From the NCBI RefSeq assembly GCF_026210795.1, contig NC_089436.1, forward strand, positions 1,488,001 to 1,552,000: a stretch of DNA of 64,000 bases, given 5' to 3'. Under the pieces are notes generated by a model. It worked only from the letters and a program-made list of their open reading frames with translations. It ran no database searches and was not told the DNA's origin. Position 1 is the stretch's first letter, and every line of letters starts with the position of its first letter. The position numbers and the translations under genes were made by a program. The DNA comes from Rhizophagus irregularis (lineage: Eukaryota). Shown here piece by piece: positions 13,688-25,367 of this stretch.

Positions 13688-16600
13688 GCAAATATATCGT
13701 TTTTGATTAAGGAGGTGATGCTTTTTGATTATAGAAGTTAGTTGTACAAACTGTTGTATCGTTTTTGATTATTGAAAAAATAAATGTATCATTTTTGATT
13801 ATTGAAAAAAAAATTCTATCGTTTTTGATTATTGAAAAAAAATGTATCATTTTTGATTATTCGATAGTATCACATGGTCACATGCATAGATTCGACATAC
13901 TGTACATATCGGAGACTTTATTCACTAAATAATTTCAAATTACTAAACTTATTAATCGTTATTTTTGTTTCCTTACTATTTACTGTTTCTTGTATATTTT
14001 TATTAAGCCATTTAAAACAAAGAATTGCCAACATTCATATGTCATAAATTTAATCCTTATTTTCTCAAAATTTGTCTTTATTACAACTAAAAGACAATAG
14101 TATTAATCAATCATCTATTTCATTGCTATGCATATAAACTCCAAATTCAATACTATCATTTAAAATTTCTTTCGCATCTTCAAGTGTTATACTATTATTA
14201 CGGTCCTCTTGAATCAGACGTAATGTTACTTCTGGTACTAGAACTTCGTAAATAAAATCCATAGGGTCTAATGGGTACGTTTTGTCTTTTGTGAGATTAT
14301 TAGAGTTAACAAACAATTCTATTAAAGTATTAACAATAGTATATAACCCATTAAACCCATAATAACCTGGCTGTAAATTAGTAAAGCTAATTAATAAAAT
14401 ATAAACAAAATTTATATTCAAACAGATAATTACCAACCTGAAAAACTTCAAATCGATTCATGAGCATCATTGGCGCCTTGGCTTTATTATATCCGACTTC
14501 TTTATATATTGAAGATGCAATATCCCAATAGTAACTTGAAATATTTCCGTTAATAATTTCAATGAGATCTTTTTCAAATTTGATTATGCGTGATGGAAGT
14601 ACATTAAAATCGATATATTCAGGATATCCTTTTGATAATCCATGTGGAACAATATTCAATTCACCATGATGCATTATACAAAAAGACCAACGTTCTTCTT
14701 CTGTGATTGGCTTGTTTTGTAGATTTTGTAACTGGTCTTTTATCTTTTCTGGTAAAATATCTGGTAGGATATTATCACAATAGGGGCATAAATTGTGAGA
14801 ATTAGGTACTAAATCAAATTCTAAATCCAAGTTTAAATCATCATTAGATGGCAGTTCTGGAAGATATTGAAATACATTGCGGGGTGGGCTTGGCATTATA
14901 AACGATGATGATGATGCAAATGAAGATGTACTTCTTCTATCTATTAAATAAATATAGGTAAAGAAATTAATAATACAGATATTAATGTTATTACGTTAAA
15001 TATATATCTTTACCAGTACTAATTGAAGATAAATTATCTTCTCGTTTTCGTTTAAGATTTCGAATTTGTTTTGTTTTCCTTTGTTGTATAGAAAACGTAT
15101 TACCAGATTGTGATTGGTTTGGTAAATTTATTCTATGGGACGATCGAGGTTTAGCAGATAATTTAGGAGGTGCGCCTAAATTTGATTTTGTTCTTTCACT
15201 TAATTCTGCTGGCCGAAATGGATCTTTAATCTCCTGAGATGACCGTTTAAGTGGATAAAATATTTTATTACCTAATGAGCAAAAGTAAGATTAATATAAT
15301 AAATAACAATAATAATTTTTAAAAAATTATTTCAAACATCTTACCTTGCATATTATATAATCTAATAATTTCTTGATAAGAATCTTCCATGTCACCTTGA
15401 TATATTACATTATTTTTTATAGACGCGGGAACTACTCGTTCCTTATTACGAAAATAGAGAACAAGATTTTTCTTTGCTTCGTTTACAACTTCTAGATGTC
15501 CTTTTTGTTGTGTTTCTATAAGCAAAGTGGCTGCATGACAGTGCCTACATTTATCACGTAATGAACTATTCCATATGTATTCCCAGCATGTACATTCACC
15601 AGTAATAACATTACATATATGAAATCCTTGTTCTAATATTACATTTTCGGATAATAAAGATTTCATAAGAAAATTGATCATATCATTTAATTTTCGTACA
15701 ATTTCCTCATCTAGACGCAAAGGCTTATCATCATAAGAAGATACGAATAAATCATCAGATTTTTTTTTAACAAGAAAAGTATTTTGGTCTGATGATATCT
15801 TAACCATATTAAGAAGAAAATCTAATCTTCCTTGATTTAATCTTCGAAGTTTATCACAACATATCATATCATCTTTAGTTTGCTATAAATAATTTAAAAT
15901 AAATTAATTTAATAATATTATTTAAAAATGATAACGAAAAAATTCTTACCTGTTCAATCGTTTGAGTATTGAATAAAGTAACTAAACCAGATTCAAACTT
16001 ATTTAAATCTTCATGACTTACAATAGTTTCACTTTGAAATTTTATTCCATACATTCGTTCAACAAATGTCAATGGTGTTTGTTTACCACTATATACTGCT
16101 TCAATTGTCCTATTGATCCGTTCTGTAAAATTGTTCGTAGTCCATGGAAATCTGTTTGTAATGTTTTTGGAAATACGACCAGCATCAATAAAACTTAATT
16201 TCCACTCCGTGCACATCCAATTTTTAGATAAATCATCTATTAATTTATCTTTTTTAGTTTTTTCCAATGGAAGAGTGTTAATAAATTCGATATATTTCTT
16301 AGCCATTTCAATGGCAGTTTCTTCAGTTCGACTACGACCTACAATTTTAAACGCTAATGCTATTGGATATCTAAACAATAAATAATTAATTAGTTATCAA
16401 TTTTAATAAAAAAAAATTAATATAATATATAACTTACCTGAATTTTGCAGGTATCTGCCATTTATTTAAATTTTCACTAAAAGTTTTCATAATATGAAAC
16501 CAACATAAAATTGGTTTATGTGAAGCATTTTGGATAGCAAGTTTAGATGGTCTATGCTTATCAATTAAGATATATGGCTTCCAATTATTGTTTTCGACAT

Positions 16601-18363
16601 TCACGAACTCGTTGAAATCCGTTTCCAGATAAAAGATTTTCATAGTACCACTTGTGTTCACAGAACTCGTTATCACATGGGATATTTTTTTTAATAGCGT
16701 CAATAGCCAATTTTATAGTATGATGATTTTCCTTATTAAATAGCGCTAATATATATATTTTATTTACAATTTAATAAATTACAATAAATTATATACTAAA
16801 TAATTTAATATATGTCAAATTTTACTTACCAAATGCAACAGGCAATCCGCAACCAGCACTATTCTCAGTAACAATTGATAATACCGGTGCACGGTCCAAA
16901 TTTAAATCATATTTACCATCTATTCCGATACAGATTTTACCGTAATCACGAGCATTTTTTAACCAAAACTCATCAGAAATTGTAAGTTGATAATATCGGT
17001 CAGGTGAATCAGCTGGTTGATTAATGTCTGCTATTTGATAATATAATATAAAACCTTGAGATTTTAATATATTATTTACTAAACTATCAAGCTGAGTCCG
17101 AGGACCAGTATCATCCTTTAATTTCTTATCATCTCTGGCAACAAATTGCCGGAGTTTGTCATTATTACATATTATACGTTGGCTTGCTAATGCATTGTTA
17201 ATTACTTCTTCTGATGCACCATTAAGTGATGTTAATAATTTCGCTTTTATCCCTTTGGCTGTCCTGTGGTCTGCTCTTCTGCTTAATGCTATCGAATCTC
17301 TGACAGAATAAGTTAAATTTATTCTTGAAATTTTAGGAATATTATTATTGTAAAATGTACGATGAGTTCCTTGAATGGTAATTCGCAATGGATTTTCTAA
17401 TGATAGCCAAGATAACCGACATTCAGAAATAACTCGACACTACAATGGTGCATATCATTTCCATTTTTCAAATTATTTCGTAAATTATAATTTTCACAAT
17501 TTTCATTACATTTTCCAACACTACCGCATAATCTTTGACAGTTGCCTCCATCACCTGAACAATACATAACCCAATACCAACATTGTTGGTTTTTGGCTAA
17601 TCCTAATTCAATTTGAGAAACCAGATCTCTTCCTAAACTGGTTAAAACTAAAACATCATCAATACGATTTGTTGATTTTACCGTTCCAGTTTTAGTTTTC
17701 CATGCTAAGTAATCTATTGCCCCTTGTACACGTTCTACCGTTAAGATTCCAGCTTTAACAAGTTTAGGAGTAACTTGTCTACTTTGATTTTTTAAGCGAT
17801 AATTTTTTAAAAGATTTGCATTTGATATATACCATTCTGCAGCACGACCAAATGGTACATTTACTGAGCCATCATCGTTGTATTTGATTTGATTTTCGTA
17901 AGTTTCCATATTATAATATATAGTAACGTTACACAAATTTATAGAAAGAAAATTATTACAAATAATTATCACGTAAAAAATATAAACAAGGTTATAAAAC
18001 GCAAAATATATTATAAAAACTATTATATAATAAAGAAAAAAATATCAAAAGAGAAATCAAAATTTTTGGAAAAGAAAAAGAATTGAACCATTTGTCGTGT
18101 GAAAAGTATTATGTGAACGCGTTAAATGTTATACAATGATACATTAACTTGTTAAGTATAAATTAAATAAATAAAACGTGATACTATCGAATAATCAAAA
18201 ATGATACATTTTTTTTCAATAATCAAAAATGATAGAATTTTTTTTTCAATAATCAAAAATGATACATTTATTTTTTCAATAATCAAAAACGATACAACAG
18301 TTTGTACAACTAACTTCTATAATCAAAAAGCATCACCTCCTTAATCAAAAACGATATATTTGC
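13688..18363 (-). mobile_element. Full-length Mutator-like (MULE) DNA transposon, 4676 bp
   Basis: Near-perfect ~186-bp TIRs (13688-13873 / 18178-18363) with internal tttttgatta repeats. Exact 9-bp TSD gtcggtacc at 13679-13687 and 18364-18372. Internal MULE transposase. Confidence 0.93.
14107..17909 (-). CDS. Multi-exon MULE transposase with SWIM finger, spliced to a C-terminal RTC4-like domain; one apparent frameshift near 17436
   Basis: DDE-type motifs IGIDGKYDL, ILIDKH, LCWFHIM, TTNNFTERIN. SWIM CTCWEY...CRHCH. Downstream exons join in frame to CPYCD...FCIMHHGELNIVPHGLSKGYPEYIDF...QPGYYG. Confidence 0.8.
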
Positions 18364-18989
18364 GTCGGTACCGATATTCTATGTACCGATATAAATTGCC
18401 TGTACCGATAAATTTTTGTTGTCCCATTTCACAATTAATAAAAAAACCTCGTTGTACCGATATTATATATAATTTCGCGATGTATAGTAAGGTATACCGA
18501 TATTTTAGGTTACACTGATTTAATTCAGGTCGGCACTATAAACTTGGCCTGAATTAACAAGAGGATTTCCATCATTCCATCCAAGTAATTAGATTTTTTA
18601 GATCTTGTTTCAACACAAAATGTGAACAACTTTTGTTTCATGAAATGTATGTTAATGAGAAGCTATAATTTAATCTTTAAATAAACTCGAGAGTTTGCAT
18701 AATGCCTTCAAGAATTAGACTTTGGCCTACATTATGATTCACTATGTAATGATAATTTGATGTAACGATATATTTTACCCAAACCAACAGCATCGGTATA
18801 TTGAGGTCTGACTGTATACATGTTATTTTTGATGCAAGGTTCATTGATAATCGAACACAAAATTTATATTGAGAATGTATATACATATAAAACAAGTACA
18901 CATGTTTAAAAATTGGAAGTAAAATCTTTATTATATTTTTTTGTAATGTAATATATGAGAAAGGGCTGGCTGGAGGAATGTAACAATAG

Positions 18990-19575
18990 AAATATATGAT
19001 GCTATCAAAAAGGGAAGGAGTTCTCAGATCCTAAGTCATAAATGAGAATCCCAGCATCAAGTTATTTTGTAATATTACCTCTACTAATACTTCCTCTAAT
19101 GCTACTGCTACTGCTACTGTTATTACTACTGCTACTATCAGAAAAATTAACTGATTTCTTATTTCACTTCTTTTCAACCCATTTGATGATTTTATCTATA
19201 GAAGTTCTTTTTGGCGATTTTTAATGAACTAGCTAATTTACTAGCATTAAGACCAATTTCAATTGATAAAATGTTGTACATTTGTGTTGGAGAACAACTT
19301 TCCTTTTCCTTCTATTATTAAAAAGGGCTGTAAATTTGACCTAATATGTTTCATATTCATCTGTATATATGGAAATCGGAATATTGACTTATGTAAATGT
19401 GACTTATGGAAGAGAATTAATTAGATTCTACTAGAAAAAAATAAGGCGTAGTAAAGCACAGATAAGTATATTTGCATGATGTGATAATTTTTTCTTCCTC
19501 TGTATGACCTACTTTGAGATATCATATCATTTTTCCATTTAGCTTCTGTACACATTCTTAGACTGTTCTTTTAAG
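18990..19575 (-). pseudogene. Decayed copy of the gene region at ~45795-46400
   Basis: Collinear with 45795-46400 (tgatgctatcaaa..., cccagcatcaagttattt...), with most CpGs converted to TpG/CpA and small deletions. Confidence 0.85.
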
Positions 19576-20094
19576 ATTATTATCTTGTATTCACATTAAA
19601 TTGACTATAGTAAATTTCTTAGATGAAAAGACATAGTTATTGAAATTGTATTAAAAGGCTTTTCTAGTAAAAGTGTCAGCCTTTGATAAATTCTTTGCAC
19701 TATATATTATGCTAGCAAATACTAATCCTATTCTACACAAATCACTAGAAAATAGTGGTTTATCAGGTTTAGAAAGAAATTCCTCCTTTTTTTTAGAAAT
19801 CTACTTGGAGTTCCAGTAATTACTAAACTGAACTGATCAGTTTTCAGTTTTCAGTATTAGTTTTATCATTTTTCAAACAGTCTGACTTTTTATTTTATGA
19901 TTGGCCAACTGATAATCTTTTTTAGTCTATATATATATACAGTTTTATTTTTTAATATAGTTTTGTAATAAACATTGAAGTGTAGTAAATTTCAGTAAAT
20001 TAGTATTAGTAATTGGTAATTACCAGCCGGTTTAATTATACAGTTTACTAATATCAAAAATTTGGTAAATTACCAATCACTAGTGTTTTGCATA

Positions 20095-20705
20095 AATCAA
20101 ATCAAATTGAATTTAGTTAAATTCAGATTTGATTTGATTTGATTTGATTTAATTTAAATTTGATTTGAATATTCAGTGATTTGATTTGATCTGATTTAAA
20201 TTTGATTCAAATTTGATTTGAATAATTCAAATTAATTTGATTTGATTTGTGATTTGATTTGATTTAATTTGATTCAATCCAAATTTGATTTAAATATAAA
20301 TTGGATAATTCAAATTAATTTGATTTGATTTAGTAATTTGATTCAAATTTGATTCAAATTTGATTAAAGCTCTATATAAGCCAGTTTACGAGCCAAAAGT
20401 ACTTCAAGGCTCACAAGCTAACTCACAAGCTAATATACTTTTAAAGTACTTTTGGTTTACAAGCTAGCTTATATAGAGCTTTAGATTTGATTTAGATTCA
20501 ATTTGATTTAATTTGATTTAATTCAATTTGAATTTAATTTGATTTGATTTGATTTGATTTGATTTGATCAAATCAAATTACTTTGAAATTTGATTCAAAT
20601 TTGATTCAAATTTGAATTTAAAATTCAGATTTAATTTATGAATCAAAAATATCAAATCAAATTGAATTAAATCCAAATCGAATTTGAATCAACTTGATTT
20701 GTCCA
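20095..20705. repeat. Degenerate (GATTT/AAATC)n low-complexity array, probably the interior of a non-autonomous element
   Basis: Dozens of gattt / ttgattcaaa units in both orientations around a short unique core (20370-20480). Confidence 0.75.
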
Positions 20706-21855
20706 AATCTTTTGTAAAACATTACCAATTACTAATACTGAAATTTAGTTTCAATTTTAGTATGACTCAAACTGAAACTAGTAAACTATGCTAATCAAAC
20801 CCTTAAATCTACTTAAATATACAGTCAGACTTCTATGTACTGATATTTTATGTACCGATAATTACCTGTATCGATAAATTTTCTATGTTCCATTTCATAA
20901 TTAATAAAAAAATCTTGTTGTACTGATACTAGCCATTAACCTGTTGCTTTGCAATGGTATACATACATATAAAAAAAGCGTGACCTGTATGTAACAATTA
21001 ATTCTGGCCAGAATTATGTAATCAGTGCAGAAATTTCCTTTTATGAAGTATTTGTGAAACCAAAATTCCCTATTTTTGTGGGAAGCAAAATTTCCTTTTT
21101 TGGAAGTTAGTATAACGTCACGTGATAAAGTGCCCAATAGGAGCGATGTTACACAATTCAAATTTATTTATACAGGGTAGTCTAAACATTACGGTTACAC
21201 ACAAAAACAATTATTATATAGTATAGATTATATATAATTTTACAATGTAACATATACCAATACTTTTCTATGCTTTTTTTTAATTAATACATAGTGAATG
21301 ATATATATGGGATTCATTTATACTACTGTATTATATATATTGTATCACTTATATTACTTATTATATAATAAAATATAATAAAATATATATAAAAGTTAAG
21401 GTTGCTTGCCGAAACCTGTTTGGCCTAATGCCGAAAGGTGAAACCTCTTATATAGTGCCAAAACATGCCGAAACCTCTATAATAGGTTTCTCCGTAGTTT
21501 TGGCATAGTTGATCATAAGATTTGCATATAATTACGCCAAGTTACACCAATTAATAATATAATTTAGATGATCAAATAATCTACAGATAAAAGATTAAAC
21601 TTCAATATTTTACCGTCGTCTTAGGGCTTCTTTTAAGCTTTATCTAGTGTTAGAATTTTCATTTCTAACTCCCATATTAATATTATGATATTACACGTTT
21701 TTACAGTTTTTTTTTAAGGGGCTTATATTCATTAAAAAAAAATGCGTAACATGCATTTAATAAACCCAATTCCGTCATCTCCTTAACACTGAACTAAAGT
21801 TTCTTTTACTTTCTTCCGTTTTCTTAATAATAATATTAATAATAAACTGTTTCAA

Positions 21856-23028
21856 ATGACTGATCACATAGAAGATTCACCCATTAAAATGAAAAATAGA
21901 GGAGGTCGGCCACCTAATAGCATTTGGGAAGATATTAATAAAGGAGAAGCTGTTGGTTCTGGCAAATTTGCCGCCTCCTGCAAGTACTGTAAGAATACAT
22001 GGTCACGCGGTGAAGTTTCAAAGCTCAAAGAGCATCTTTCAAACCATTGTCCAGATGCGCCAGCAGCAGTTGTTAGAAGGTATATGACTAAAGTAATGGA
22101 ACGGCAAGATAAGTCCAAGTCATCCAAAAAAAGAAAATACTCTGAAGGTCAAAGTAACATGGATGATTACCATGATTCAACAGAGCTTAACGAACAAAGA
22201 TGTACACGAATTAATCGTGCATTAGTTAAATTTTTTATTGCGTGCGGAATTGCGTTTAGAGTAGTGGAACATCTCTTTTTCATCAATTTTATAAAAGAGC
22301 TTAATGCCGGGTACAATACACCAACAACGGAAGTATTAGTAAATCAACTACTTGAACGTGAATTAGCTCAAGTGAACTTCAAAGTTAATTCTGAGCTTGA
22401 AAAGGAAACGAATTTAACGTTAGGTTTGTTAAATTAAATAGGCTATCATACGTCATTTTTATTTAATTGTCCGGAGCGAAGCGAAGGACTATATATGTTT
22501 ACGCACTATGATGATCTATGGAAATAACGTGTAAATTTTCAATCACGTGAGTTTCTCTGTCCAGGAATTCCAAGGCGTTATGCTGCTAATCAGCAGAAAA
22601 TTACCAGAATTCCAAGGCGTTATGCTGCTAATTAATAGAATATCGCTACATCTTTATTATTATACCTCGCTCCAGACTTACAACGGTTCCCATTTCCTAG
22701 TCTTACTTACTATATAATATTAATTTATAATTTAGCCTTTGATGGTTGGACGTCTGGTACACATCGTTCAATTTGGAACTTCATTGTAATGACTCCGTCG
22801 CGTAAAGAATATCTTTATCAACTTTCTGATTTGTCTGAAAATTCGCACACTGCAGAATATCTAGTTACGGTAATTGAAAAGGTTATAGAAGGTATTGGAG
22901 AAGATCGAATATGTGCTGTAGTTTCCGATAATGCGGCCAATGTTCGTAATGCACGAAAAATTATACATGAGAATCATCCAAAGATTGAGAATGTGCGATG
23001 CGTTGCACATTCTATCAATTTAATTGCA
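21856..23028 (+). pseudogene. hAT transposase with BED zinc finger, 3'-truncated
   Basis: BED finger IWEDI...CKYC...LKEHLSNHC. ACGIAFRVVE; spliced LTLAFDGWTS (first catalytic D); VVSDNAAN (second D); CVAHSINLIA (CxxH). The sequence then switches abruptly to a palindrome. Confidence 0.88.
22469..22700 (+). mobile_element. Small non-autonomous Helitron/Helentron-like insert inside the hAT intron
   Basis: Subterminal inverted repeat gtccggagcgaag (22469) / cctcgctccagac (~22665). Internal 26-bp direct repeat gaattccaaggcgttatgctgctaat. Ends in ctag|t. Confidence 0.45.
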
Positions 23029-23030
23029 TG

Positions 23031-23080
23031 AGCCATTTATGACTAAATAATATAATTATATTATTTAGTCATAAACGGCT
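23031..23080. repeat. 50-bp spacerless palindrome
   Basis: agccatttatgactaaataatataa|ttatattatttagtcataaacggct is self-complementary with one mismatched pair; centre at 23055/23056. Confidence 0.95.
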
Positions 23081-23087
23081 TAGACTA

Positions 23088-23260
23088 GATTATTTAGTAA
23101 TAAAATAATCTAAGTATGACTATAAATAATCTAAATATAACTAAATAATCTAAATATAACTAATTAATCTAAATACAGTATATCTAAATAAATTAAATAT
23201 ATCTAAATAATCTAAAGTTAATAACCTAAATATGATTAAATAATCTAACTAAATAACCTG
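23088..23260. repeat. Degenerate tandem array of (c)taaataatc units next to the palindrome
   Basis: Repeated taaataatctaaatat(a/g)ac variants; the same ctaaataat core forms the palindrome arms. Confidence 0.8.
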
Positions 23261-24385
23261 TTTGTGACAATTTTCTGTACCTAGTTATTTTTCTTACTAT
23301 ATTCCTTCCCTTTGAATTCGCTTTTCTTTAGCTTTTTTCATTTATTATTTGTGATCATGTGATTAAATAACCTAAATATTACTATTACTAAATAATCGAA
23401 ATGTACCTATTTTTATTTAATCCTATACACGAATAATCAGCTTCCAATATAATTTATGATATTGGGATTCTACGGTTGATTGGTTGTTAAACTTTATGTT
23501 GAAGGTCTGGCTTGTCTGCAATTGTTTGGATCCCAAGTTTTATGATGAAGTTTCTGCCATTCTGTACCTCTTTGGTTACCTGTTAAGGATTCGAGGGTGC
23601 TTTCCTTCTTCACCTATTTTGTTATCCATCAAAATGCCAAAATATGGTAAAAAATATCGTGTCAGGTGGCGCAGTAGATCTGCGATTAATTTCGGCCAGC
23701 ACTATACCATAATTTCAGCCGATCTTTTGGGCATGTGATTCGAGGATCCAGCTTGGCACCATGATGGTGACTTGATAGTGTCCTGGAACTTCTGTGGAGC
23801 TGTCATGGAACTGGCAGGGAGCTAGAAAGGTTCTATTATTTTGCCAGTTTTAGGCCAGCTTGGGTGCTGAGTTATTATGTTCAAAGATCTGGCCGAAATT
23901 GTGGAATAGTACTGGCTGAAATTATGGAGCGAATTTTGACTGCGCCTACTGCGCCATGGTCACGTGATCCTGTTACGGCACCGAACACCCTTTCATAGTT
24001 GCGGGCTAGTAACGGGAATGTTCTGGGAATGTTTCCGGAACCCAATGTATATGCATTTGTGCAAAAAAAAAAATGTCTAAACAAGTACAAATCATAAATC
24101 CTGAAACTGGACAACAAATCACACTAGATGGCTTACACAATATTGCCGGCTAAGTTTAATTCTACTTTCGTCTACCTATTTGTCTCCAAGAGTGAGGCCG
24201 GAGGTATTATGCTTCTGAGGTTTTCGAGGTATATCGGCGGGATGTTGTAAGCACTTCCGAGGCCCAATCATAGTTTATTCTGGGTCGAAGCAGTGTGTAT
24301 GCCGATTTTTGAGCGTCCCTAGTGTCCCTAGTAAAAGTAAAGTTATAGGAAAAAAAAAATATCGAATCCATCCTGTATGTATGCC

Positions 24386-24830
24386 GTCACCAAGAAAATT
24401 TGTTAGTGACTCTCTTAGTGACGCTCTTAGTGACACCCTTGTATGCCTTTTTCGGTGTTTGGGGACGCTCGGTTCTCTTCTTTTATATTTGTCACTAAGT
24501 CACTAAGAGTCACTAAGAAAAAGTAAAGTTCTAGGAAAAAAAATCGAATTTTTTCTATGCTACTCCTATGGCTTATATGCGATATAGTATGATACATATA
24601 TGACATATGCGTGATACATATATGCTAAAAAAAAAATGAAAAAAAGTTATGGAACTCGGATTTTTCTTAGTGACTCTTAGTGTCATAGTGACACCTATCT
24701 AGAAACCTTCTGATGGCTCTAAAAATGTGAAATAGCTATAAATTTTGTCACCGAGAGCGTTACCAAGAGTGTCACCAAGAAATTCTACAATTTATTGTAG
24801 GTTCGTCCAAAAGGCCATAGGGATAGTGAC
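24386..24830. repeat. Non-coding cluster of TTAGTGAC/GTCACYAA motifs in alternating orientation (candidate origin or binding-site array)
   Basis: About 14 copies, e.g. 24386, 24403, 24415, 24427, 24491, 24499, 24509, 24667, 24686, 24746, 24771, 24824. Also a duplicated aaaagtaaagttmtaggaaaaaaa block and an AT-rich centre. Confidence 0.75.
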
Positions 24831-24846
24831 AACTTCTTATTCTTGT

Positions 24847-25170
24847 TTAAGTTCTCTCGATTAGCCTAAAATTACTTGAGCGGAATCTCTTTGGGACCAT
24901 CAGCTTGCTTAGCCAGCTTTTTTCGATGGTAATGTTCCTTCGATCTATGTTTTTTGCATGCGTATCGCAATAGTCATATTTGGATCTTGTCGGGTCACCA
25001 CATTCTTTGCAAAGAACTTGCCTAGAATTCCGATGGACTTTACATCCCTTTGGATCAAAGCATCTCCGATTACATACTTCTCCAGTTCTAAGAATATATG
25101 GACAATAATAAAAATTCCAGGATGGTGGTTCTCTTTTGAGAACTCGTGTCTCCTTTTTTTCGCCTTCCAT
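24847..25170 (-). CDS. Small Cys/His-rich putative zinc-binding protein
   Basis: CPYILRTGEVCNRRCFDPKGCKVH and CKECGDPTRSKYDYCDTH. Intronless, divergent from PolB. Confidence 0.6.
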   Translation of the reverse strand: MEGEKKETRVLKREPPSWNFYYCPYILRTGEVCNRRCFDPKGCKVHRNSRQVLCKECGDPTRSKYDYCDTHAKNIDRRNITIEKSWLSKLMVPKRFRSSNFRLIERT

Positions 25171-25367
25171 TTATATATATCAATTAATAATCTTGGGGAA
25201 TTATTTTCATTTTGAACTTTTTTCTTGCGAATAATATACCCTGAGTTTTGGTATAGCTATAAATTATCTTAATTTGCTTGAGAAAAAAAAATGACCCAAT
25301 CCGACTTCTTCGAAGACGCCCCCGCCCTTTTTCACCCAGAGGCTGAAAAAGAAAAAACATCATCAAA

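Larger units (their letters stand above)
13677..18814. mobile_element. Tc1/mariner-like MITE split by the Mutator insertion; related partial copy at ~20822-20930
   Basis: TA|cagtc... start at 13677 and ...gactg|TA end at 18814, with internal gtaccgat repeats. 18373-18460 aligns by eye with 20840-20930. Confidence 0.5.
21397..23028 (+). mobile_element. Left part of a hAT transposon, truncated at ~23028
   Basis: Left TIR taaggttgcttgccgaaacct at 21397, identical to the right TIR of the MITE ending at 30205. Subterminal gccgaaac repeats, then the transposase. No matching right end in the window. Confidence 0.85.

Noticed and set aside
23460..24300. GC-richer stretch with short ORFs near the element end
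   Set aside because: No consistent reading frame or motif; left unassigned.
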